Shown here piece by piece: positions 1-6,054 of a stretch of DNA of 20,415 nucleotides; within the stretch, counting starts at the first letter, position 1; each line of letters opens with the position of its first letter. The notes beneath the pieces are model-generated. The model saw only the letters and a program-made list of their open reading frames with translations, made no database searches and had not been told where the DNA came from. The stretch covers positions 1 to 20,415 of the forward strand of contig JBEGVZ010000057.1 in assembly GCA_041178085.1 (NCBI GenBank), read 5' to 3'. This DNA comes from Pseudomonadota bacterium (GTDB lineage Bacteria > Bdellovibrionota_B > Oligoflexia > Oligoflexales > RGVZ01). The position numbers were made by a program, and so were the translations under genes.

Positions 1-141
1 GCAGTAGAACCTCCCTCCGTTGCCCTGCGCAGGCCAAACGATAAATCGATCCTTTCCGCCGCACCATGGGCAAGGGCCGGCATATTCGGTTCTGGATTTT
101 TGCTTGAGATTCGGCACAAACTCTAAAATCGAATTTGTCAT
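1..141 (-). CDS. N-terminal fragment (runs off window) of a primase with a P4-alpha-type zinc ribbon domain
   Basis: Hand translation from ATG at 141: MTNSILEFVPNLKQKSRTEYAGPCPWCGGKDRFIVWPAQGNGGRFYC. GPCPxCGGKDRF...G.F.C is the Zn-binding motif of P4-alpha-like primases. The start overlaps the upstream stop as ATGA (138-141). Absent from the ORF track. Confidence 0.85.
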   Translation of the reverse strand, partial: MTNSILEFVPNLKQKSRTEYAGPCPWCGGKDRFIVWPAQGNGGRFYC

Positions 142-1784
142 GTTGGAAGCTCCAATAGGGCGGGATTGATTTCGATCGACGGAGTATCCTCGATCATTCG
201 AATGTGTCCGTACTCTTGAAGGAGTTTCAGGGACTCAATGAGGTCGTTTCTCTTTCTTGTTTTGCTTGGTCCGCATCGCATCAGGACGCTTCTGCAGATT
301 GTGCGCTTGTCATGCTTTTCGCAATAATCAATCAACCATTCGCTGAGATGTTTTGCTCGCTGAGATTCTCCGTCGGGAAGGTCCGGCATCGATGAAAAAA
401 AACGTCTTGCCTCTTGTAAGTGCCAGCCAGCGACTATGCATCCGGATCTCATGCTGTCAGCATCAATTTGGGTTGATTCTGGGTCTGTGGCGTACTGAAA
501 AATTGCCGCCAATCGTGCCGCATTTTCCGCGGCTTTTGAGCCAAAGTCCCGAACCTCAGCGTATGCGCCATTTCTGCCGAGATTGGTTTCAATTTCGTTG
601 TGAAATGATATCCATTCATCCTTTGCGGCTGAAGACAGGTGAAGGGTGGTACGGCTCTGTCCCCGTTTTTGGCGATCCAATCCCCGTCTTAAAAGATTCA
701 AAACAAGGTCATGAAACGCGTCGAGGCCGGGTCTAGTTCCGTCTGGTTCCCTGTACAGTCGACTGCCTTGTGTGCTTTCCGGATAGGCAAATAGGCAACG
801 CGCAAGGAAACCGATTTGCCGTAAGGATTGGTTTTTCGCAATATACGTTGTGAATACAGTCGGCTGAACGAGGAGGGATAGGCTCAGACGGGCGCCGCAG
901 ATTTCGAAGCTGTCTGCTGTTTTCCGTGCTACATCGATGGATTCTCCGGACCAGAGCGCATTGAATGTGCCGAGTGTTGCGGTTTGGTAATCCTTCGACA
1001 ACGATCGGCCGCCGAAGACTAATCCCCCCTCGGCGGTAGCGATTAGACATGATGGCCATTCGTTTGCTAAATGATAATGGAGTTTTTCAGTTGTGATATC
1101 TGTCAGAGTTAATTTAGGTATCAGCGGCTGCTTTGGCTTGTCCTGATACAGTTGTCCGAGGGCTTTCTTCGTGGTCTCGCCGTCTCCGTCTGATTTCGGG
1201 CGGCTAGCTTCTCGAAGCGATGCTTTCTCTCGTTCAATTTTCGCTTCCCATACCTCTAGCTCCGCCTTGTAACGGGCGATTTCAGGCTGAATTTCTTTGA
1301 GAGCCTCCTTTTGGAAGTCCTTTAGCGGTTGGTTAAAGTATGCGTCTACAGTGCTTTTTCGTTCCCCGGAATCGCCTAACACCAGATAGAAGAGGCTGAC
1401 AGGTCCGACAAGGTACGGGGCGCGCGCTACGTCGATTACCCCCTGACACGCGGTTGCAAGGGTGCAGATTGCAGACGAAGCAATTAGGGCGTGTGGCGCT
1501 TGGGTCGTATTGGCGACGTTATAAACCGCCTCCCGGACTTGCCGGGGTAAGGATTCAGTTGGATATGGCACGAAGGGCTCTACTTTGGTGAACTCGAGGG
1601 GCCTAGGCCAATAAGTACTTTTACCTTCGGTACACGCGGCGGTATCGGCAATTAATCCGTCAGACTGTGGCCGGGGATTCGCAGGATTCGCAGGATTCGC
1701 AAGTTTCTCAGCCACAATCCTTTGTCTCTCGGCTACAAGCTGCCTTATTTGGTCAGCATCGTATTTAGTGGGTGAGGGAGTCAT
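138..1784 (-). CDS. YfjI-family / DUF3987 protein (putative replicative helicase-like P-loop protein)
   Basis: Motifs YPTESLP, PVSLFYLVLGDSGERKSTVD (Walker-A-like), DITTEKL, LWSGESIDVARK, RLSLSLLVQP, GFLARCLFAYP and KAAENAARLAA are typical of DUF3987. Start placed at ATG 1784, which forms an ATGA overlap with the alpA stop and has a GGGGGGA RBS at 1791-1797, rather than at 1826. Confidence 0.88.
   Translation of the reverse strand: MTPSPTKYDADQIRQLVAERQRIVAEKLANPANPANPRPQSDGLIADTAACTEGKSTYWPRPLEFTKVEPFVPYPTESLPRQVREAVYNVANTTQAPHALIASSAICTLATACQGVIDVARAPYLVGPVSLFYLVLGDSGERKSTVDAYFNQPLKDFQKEALKEIQPEIARYKAELEVWEAKIEREKASLREASRPKSDGDGETTKKALGQLYQDKPKQPLIPKLTLTDITTEKLHYHLANEWPSCLIATAEGGLVFGGRSLSKDYQTATLGTFNALWSGESIDVARKTADSFEICGARLSLSLLVQPTVFTTYIAKNQSLRQIGFLARCLFAYPESTQGSRLYREPDGTRPGLDAFHDLVLNLLRRGLDRQKRGQSRTTLHLSSAAKDEWISFHNEIETNLGRNGAYAEVRDFGSKAAENAARLAAIFQYATDPESTQIDADSMRSGCIVAGWHLQEARRFFSSMPDLPDGESQRAKHLSEWLIDYCEKHDKRTICRSVLMRCGPSKTRKRNDLIESLKLLQEYGHIRMIEDTPSIEINPALLELPT
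1675..1710. repeat. Tandem 9-bp repeat GGATTCGCA x3 plus one degenerate copy, inside the 5' part of the DUF3987 gene (encodes ANPANPANP)
   Basis: Exact copies at 1675-1683, 1684-1692 and 1693-1701; degenerate AGTTTCTCA at 1702-1710. Confidence 0.9.
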
Positions 1785-1999
1785 TTGAATTCCCCCCTGC
1801 TCACGGCGATCTGCTCGTCTAGCCAAGTTTCGATCTCATGCTCCGGCCAGCATGAGACCCGCGCTCCTAGCTTTATCGGTCTTGGGAACGTCCCGTTTTT
1901 CATGCGTTCATAAATGGTGCTTCTACGTAGCCCGGTGCGGGACTCGACATCCTTACGGCGGAGCAATGTTAGTGACTTAGATTGTGTGTTCAGAGCCAT
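1781..1999 (-). CDS. alpA: AlpA-family transcriptional regulator / recombination directionality factor
   Basis: LLRRKDVESRTGLRRSTIYERMKNGTFPRPIKLGARVSCWPEHEIETWL is the AlpA signature; GAGGTGAG RBS at 2002-2009. Confidence 0.95.
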   Translation of the reverse strand: MALNTQSKSLTLLRRKDVESRTGLRRSTIYERMKNGTFPRPIKLGARVSCWPEHEIETWLDEQIAVSRGEFK

Positions 2000-2018
2000 T
2001 TCTCACCTCGAATGATAA

Positions 2019-2043
2019 TTCCGGGTTGTTCCGGGATTAACCG
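2019..2043 (-). promoter_or_regulatory. 10-bp-phased CGG repeats upstream of alpA (candidate AlpA binding array)
   Basis: Plus-strand CCG at 2021, 2031 and 2041; TTCCGGG repeated at 2019 and 2029. Function is inferred. Confidence 0.5.
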
Positions 2044-2157
2044 ATCGAAGCAGATGAACTATGGCCGAGCAAAAGGGAAAGATCCCGAGTGAGTTGCCGA
2101 CCCTGTAGAAGGCCTGTGGCTCAGCGTGTCTGAGCTTCTTGGGTCGGTATCTTTTTC

Positions 2158-2805
2158 TTAGATGGGCATTTGATATTTTCTACTTCTGCGGTCCTTGCGG
2201 CTGATTTTATCCGGGCGAATTCCGATGGCGTATTGTTCGATAGCCACCTTTGGTACCGTGTAACCAATATTTTTAAATTCCTTTTCCAACATCGCTCGCA
2301 ACGTTTTTGAGTCGTTGACCTTCTGTGCGTGTGCTATTTCCTCGACTTTCATGATTGCTCTAATTTCCTTAGACCTTTGAAGGTTTATGGGCGTGCTTGT
2401 GTTCTCAGGTTTGTCTGTTCCGTCTGCGTGGTTTGTAATCTGGGTGGGGAATTGATCCGGAATATCGAATCCAATGTCTCTTGCCCAGCGCCCGAAAGAC
2501 TTGAGATCGACTTCATAATGCGTAACATCCCCGAAGGGCATCCTGTAGATCAAGAATGGTTCACCGTATTTAACGTGATTTTCTATGATCTGGTATCGCG
2601 TTTGTATCCGCGAATCACGGAAATTGTACCTTGGGATGGCTACTTCAGGGCAATTCTCGTCTTGAATTTCCCATTTCTCCTCGAGGTGTTCTTCGTTTGG
2701 TTCTTGATCAAAAGATAGTAGCGTTGCTTGATATATGAGGGCGCCTTTCAGGTGCACCCAGTAACTCCAGTTTGGTTTCTTTGAGTTGGTAAGTTTATTG
2801 TCCAT
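2158..2805 (-). CDS. Hypothetical protein of the integrative element (possible regulator or accessory protein)
   Basis: 215-aa ORF with AAGGA RBS whose start overlaps the integrase 3' end by 11 nt. PNWSYW...A.LLS.D.EP and V.L..F..WA...G..IP patterns resemble uncharacterised proteins often found downstream of P4-like integrases. Basic C-terminus. Confidence 0.75.
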   Translation of the reverse strand: MDNKLTNSKKPNWSYWVHLKGALIYQATLLSFDQEPNEEHLEEKWEIQDENCPEVAIPRYNFRDSRIQTRYQIIENHVKYGEPFLIYRMPFGDVTHYEVDLKSFGRWARDIGFDIPDQFPTQITNHADGTDKPENTSTPINLQRSKEIRAIMKVEEIAHAQKVNDSKTLRAMLEKEFKNIGYTVPKVAIEQYAIGIRPDKISRKDRRSRKYQMPI

Positions 2806-3991
2806 TGAGATGTTCCTTTAGTTCATCAAGGTAGTCCGCCCAGCGCTGCATCATTTCTTTGCGCTCAGGTAAATGACTTGTGCGGTTGTATGCCCTGCCA
2901 AGTGAATCCCTGACAGCATGAGCGAGTTGATGCTCAATTAGGTGCGGCGGAAATTTTAGTGCTTCATCGAGCAAAGTTCGCGCCGTGGCTCGCAGTCCAT
3001 GTCCGCACATTTCTTCTTTCGGAATGCCAAGGTTTCGCAGGGCTCCGTTGATGGTATTCTCTGACATGGGGCGATCCGGGGTTCTGGGGTTCGGGAAGAC
3101 ATAACGGCCGGTTCCAGTAATTGGATGGATATTCCGCAGAATCTGGAGCGCCTGTTGGCTGAGGGGAACGATATGCGAGGTATTTGTTTTGCTCGCAATA
3201 AATCGCCATTCCGCAGCGTTTAAATCGATATCCTTCCACTCTGCATGGCGAAGCTCGCCGGGTCTTACGAATACGAGGGGAGCGAGTGAAAGAGCGGATT
3301 GGGCAACGATTCCTCCTTTGTAGGAATCCATCATTCGCAAAATTTGTCCGAAACGCGTGGGATCGGTCACTGCAGCCAAGTGTGTTGGTTTGACGGGACG
3401 GAGTGCCCCGCGAAGGTCGGTGGTTGGATCTGATTTTACCCGACCAGTGGCGACCCCGTAGCGGAAGATTTGGCTAAGGTTTGTTTTCACGCGGTGAGTC
3501 GTTTCGTAGGCGTCACGACTCTCGATTCGGCGCAATACAGTTAGAATTTCCGGGGCTATCAGGTCGGCGATTGGCCGCATTCCAATGTGAGGAAAGACAT
3601 CTTTTTGCAGTCTTAGGGTGATGGTCTTGATGTGGCTCGGCGCCCACTTATGGGAGTTCTGGGCCAGCCATTCTCTGGCTACGCTTTCTAGGCTGTTCTT
3701 GGCGCTGGTTTCGGCTACTTCCCGCGCGGCCTTTCGTTGGGCACTCGGATCCAAGCCGTTCATTAAGAGCCGCTTTGCGTCGTCTCTTTGGTGGCGCGAT
3801 TCTTTTAGGCTGACCAGTGGATATAGGCCCAAGGAGATAAGCTTTTCCTTGCCCTCGAAGCGGTATTTAAAACGCCAGCGCTTACTCCCGGACGGGGTCA
3901 TTTCAAGGTAGAGGCCGCCGCTATCGAATACTTTGAGGGTTTTAGCCGGGTCTGGCCTGAGGGCTCTGATCTGTTGGTCTGTCAGGGGCAT
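2795..3991 (-). CDS. int: P4-like tyrosine recombinase/integrase with N-terminal arm-binding domain
   Basis: Arm-binding domain MPLTDQQIR...FDSGGLYLEMTPSGSKRWRFKYRFEGKEKLISLGLYP. Catalytic R (FVRPGELR), HxxR (HGLR), H (LAH) and Y (RAYNR) are intact. Confidence 0.97.
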   Translation of the reverse strand: MPLTDQQIRALRPDPAKTLKVFDSGGLYLEMTPSGSKRWRFKYRFEGKEKLISLGLYPLVSLKESRHQRDDAKRLLMNGLDPSAQRKAAREVAETSAKNSLESVAREWLAQNSHKWAPSHIKTITLRLQKDVFPHIGMRPIADLIAPEILTVLRRIESRDAYETTHRVKTNLSQIFRYGVATGRVKSDPTTDLRGALRPVKPTHLAAVTDPTRFGQILRMMDSYKGGIVAQSALSLAPLVFVRPGELRHAEWKDIDLNAAEWRFIASKTNTSHIVPLSQQALQILRNIHPITGTGRYVFPNPRTPDRPMSENTINGALRNLGIPKEEMCGHGLRATARTLLDEALKFPPHLIEHQLAHAVRDSLGRAYNRTSHLPERKEMMQRWADYLDELKEHLNGQ

Positions 3992-3993
3992 TT

Positions 3994-4052
3994 GGGGGTA
4001 ACTACTCCGTCATAGTTTCGGTTACCCCCGCACTTACCCCGTAGTTACCCCG
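3994..4052. repeat. Integrase arm-type site candidates: (G/C)TTACCCC(C)G x3 direct plus one inverted copy
   Basis: GTTACCCCCG 4021-4030, CTTACCCCG 4033-4041, GTTACCCCG 4044-4052; inverted GGGGGTAAC at 3994-4002, next to the int start codon. Confidence 0.75.
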
Positions 4053-4154
4053 GAAGTCAACGGAACTAGACGGATTCCGGCAGACCCGGTAAATCCAGTA
4101 ACTATTGGTATTTAATTAGCTATTCGGAATCTGTCGGATCTACTCGGATCTACT
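4051..4154. promoter_or_regulatory. att-arm accessory sites: two arrays of 10-bp-phased CGGA repeats flanking an IHF-like AT-rich site
   Basis: CGGA at 4051, 4061 and 4071 (CAGA at 4081), and at 4125, 4135 and 4145 (TCGGATCTAC exact x2, 4134-4153). TAACTATTGGTATTT (4099-4113) is a near match on the reverse strand to IHF consensus WATCAAN4TTR. Confidence 0.55.
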
Positions 4155-4156
4155 TC

Positions 4157-4511
4157 TGGTGGAGGTGGAGGGAGTCGAACCCTCGTCCAAACGTGAGACG
4201 GAAAAGGCGCTACATGTTTAGTCTCGCGATTTGTCCTCTTGCTTCGGGCGCCCACGGACAGGCTTCCGAAACCGCAGCCTGATTGTCGTCATGCATGACC
4301 CTACAGACGGAAAGGCCCTACACCAAGCTGGCATCATAACGTTTCCCCACCGACACCAGCGACCAGTGGTTCCACGGCAGCCTAATTAGGCTGCGAGTGC
4401 GTAATCGTTGCCGATTAAGCGTTGGCCCGTTTTTAATAACCGGGTTACGGTCCCACCCCGGACATGCTCCTTGACTCGGCAGGCACGCCTGTCGAAACCA
4501 AGTACACCCCC
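4157..4511 (-). ncRNA. ssrA: tmRNA (transfer-messenger RNA), tag peptide (A)GNDYALAA
   Basis: 5' end GGGGGTGTACTTGGTTTCGAC pairs with 3' ...GGTTCGACTCCCTCCACCTCCACCA, giving an acceptor stem with G3.U, a T-loop and encoded CCA. Length 355 nt. Tag ORF 4412-4386 GGC AAC GAT TAC GCA CTC GCA GCC TAA ends in ...YALAA inside hairpin GCAGCCTAATTAGGCTGC (4377-4394). Confidence 0.97.
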
Positions 4512-4519
4512 ACTTTCAG

Positions 4520-4545
4520 AAAACGCCGGGGCCACGCGGCCCCGG
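4520..4545 (-). terminator. GC-rich hairpin after the rhodanese gene, just upstream of ssrA (weak intrinsic terminator or processing stem)
   Basis: Minus strand CCGGGGCC-GCGT-GGCCCCGG followed by CGTTTT; the U tract is short and offset. Confidence 0.5.
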
Positions 4546-4557
4546 TTATCCACAGTC

Positions 4558-5052
4558 TTACTTCTTTGCGGTCGGCGTCTCAAGGGAAAGTCCTGCAGAC
4601 TTCCAGCCCTTCAGGCCGCCTTTGAAGTGCTTGATGTTGGTGTAGCCAGCCTTGGTGGCGGCTTCAGCAGCATCTTCCCACGCCGAGCACATCGGGCCGC
4701 CGCAGTAGGCGACGATCAGTGCGTTCTTGTCCTGGGGCAGCAGCTTGGCGAATTCCTTTTCGTTCTTTGCGAAGCTGAGTGCGCCAGGCAGGTGGCCTTT
4801 TTCATAGGTTTTTGCGCTGTTGGCGTCGACCAGGAAAACGGACTTGGTTTCGATTGCCTTCTTGAGGTCCGCCAGGCTGATTTCGACATGCTGGGCATCG
4901 TCGTGGCCTTTCAGCTCTGTTTTTTGCTCGGTCTTGTGCTCCTGCTTGTCGTCATGCTTTTTTCCATACTTGTCGCCAGATGCGTTCGCAATGGACCCAG
5001 CGCCGAGCGCTGCCGTAATCGCTGCCAGTTTAACAAAAGTAAGACGGATCAT
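4558..5052 (-). CDS. Exported rhodanese-like domain protein
   Basis: Signal peptide ending ...SIANA, K/H/D/E-rich linker, then LVDAN...YEKGHLPGA, YCGGPMC active-site loop and FKGGLKGWKSAGL. ATG 5052 chosen because GAGGAG RBS lies at 5059-5064. Confidence 0.9.
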   Translation of the reverse strand: MIRLTFVKLAAITAALGAGSIANASGDKYGKKHDDKQEHKTEQKTELKGHDDAQHVEISLADLKKAIETKSVFLVDANSAKTYEKGHLPGALSFAKNEKEFAKLLPQDKNALIVAYCGGPMCSAWEDAAEAATKAGYTNIKHFKGGLKGWKSAGLSLETPTAKK

Positions 5053-5137
5053 TTTCAACTCCTCATGGTTTCAAAGACTTTCATTTCGATGCCTGACCAC
5101 GCTAACATGTCATCTACATCATGTGGAGAGAATAAGG

Positions 5138-5542
5138 ATGGACCTGCTAACTGGCCCCAACGTGATCCTCGCGCTAAAAATTGCCGTTGCGCTGGTAACG
5201 GTCATTCTTGCCTGTGCCGGTGTTGCTGCGTGGAAGCATAATTACAAGCTTCACGGGCGCCTTAACCTTGCCTTCTTCGTGCTGACCATGACCGCGCTGG
5301 TGGCATTCGAGGTCGTGATCCGCGTCATCAAGCCTGACATCTACACGTATTTGAAGGCCGATCCGGTGGTCTTTCAGCGCCTGACCATCCATCTTTCCTG
5401 CGCGATTCCATCGGCATTGCTCATGCCGCTCATGCTGTGGAGCGGACTCAAAAAGCGCGCACTGCATCGTAAGCTGACCATCGCATTTGCACTGCTCTGG
5501 ACGGTGACATTCTTGACGGGAGTTTTTTTCCTGCCGCATTAG
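5138..5542 (+). CDS. DUF420-family inner membrane protein
   Basis: Four hydrophobic segments with the conserved His pattern (KLHGRLN, LTIHLSCA, ALHRKL..., TFLTGV). Start ATG 5138 after GGAGAG. Confidence 0.8.
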   Translation: MDLLTGPNVILALKIAVALVTVILACAGVAAWKHNYKLHGRLNLAFFVLTMTALVAFEVVIRVIKPDIYTYLKADPVVFQRLTIHLSCAIPSALLMPLMLWSGLKKRALHRKLTIAFALLWTVTFLTGVFFLPH

Positions 5543-5575
5543 AGGCAGGAACGCGAAGGCTGGGAGGCTGAAGTT

Positions 5576-5980
5576 TCAGGGCTTTTTGCGCGTGGGCAGC
5601 CCGGCCTCATTCCAGTCCTTGAAGCCACCCATGTTGCGCACAGGGTAGCCCAGTTCCTTGAAGTGCTTGCCGGCAATCCCTGCGCGCTTGCCAGAGACGC
5701 AGTAAAAAATCAGCGTTTTGTTCTTGGGCCAGGTCCTGAGCGCAGCCTCATAGCGGTTGCCGCGGGTCTGTATTTCTTCCAGGGAAAGCCATTTTGCTGG
5801 TTCTGCAAGGCCGGTTTCCCGGACCTCGTCTTCTTCGCGCACGTCAACGATAAACGCCTCTTCAGCGGCGGCCATCTTGGCGGCTTCCGCGGGCGTGATG
5901 TCGGCGTTTTTTGATTTATTGGCAGCAAATAACACGGGCGCAAAGGTCAGCAGGATTGTCGCAAGGACCGGTTTGCGCAT
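5576..5980 (-). CDS. Exported rhodanese-like domain protein
   Basis: Signal peptide MRKPVLATILLTFAPVLFA; IVDVREEDE, FYCVSGKRA active-site loop, NMGGFKDWNEAGLP. Confidence 0.92.
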   Translation of the reverse strand: MRKPVLATILLTFAPVLFAANKSKNADITPAEAAKMAAAEEAFIVDVREEDEVRETGLAEPAKWLSLEEIQTRGNRYEAALRTWPKNKTLIFYCVSGKRAGIAGKHFKELGYPVRNMGGFKDWNEAGLPTRKKP

Positions 5981-6054
5981 GGACTACCTTTCAAGGGTGC
6001 GGTGTAAAATCCGATGATACCAAAGCCGAAGTCCCTTGTGCTAATCTTTAACGC

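Larger units (their letters stand above)
1..4156 (-). mobile_element. Integrative element (P4-like satellite / CP4-57-like genomic island) inserted at the 3' end of ssrA; left boundary outside window
   Basis: P4-type integrase starts ~165 bp beyond the tmRNA CCA end, followed co-directionally by an orphan ORF, alpA, DUF3987 and a Zn-ribbon primase. The region is visibly more AT-rich than the host genes to the right. Arm-type repeats lie next to the tmRNA end. No second copy of the tmRNA 3' end was seen in the window. Confidence 0.9.

Noticed and set aside
353..1059. Short alternative ORFs within the DUF3987 gene (353-736 +, 733-1059 -), and similarly 2329-2718 + and 3618-3911 +
   Set aside because: Fully nested in or antisense to longer genes with clear family motifs or coupling; no supporting evidence.
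4021..4154. Short repeats near the att site as a possible CRISPR array
   Set aside because: Units are 9-10 bp with no unique 25-45 bp spacers and no cas genes; better explained as recombination protein binding sites.
4157..4190. tRNA-like 3' end (T-arm + CCA) suggesting a tRNA gene
   Set aside because: Its matching 5' acceptor strand is 355 nt away with a tag ORF in between, so it is the tRNA-like domain of tmRNA.
4386..4583. 65-aa minus ORF ending GNDYALAA
   Set aside because: Only the last codons are meaningful (tmRNA tag); the rest is read-through of tmRNA structure and spacer.
4820..5137. N-terminal extension of the DUF420 ORF in the track
   Set aside because: Overlaps the opposite-strand rhodanese gene; a better ATG with RBS exists at 5138.
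4408..5241. 277-aa plus-strand ORF
   Set aside because: Antisense to the tmRNA and the rhodanese gene; no recognisable motifs.
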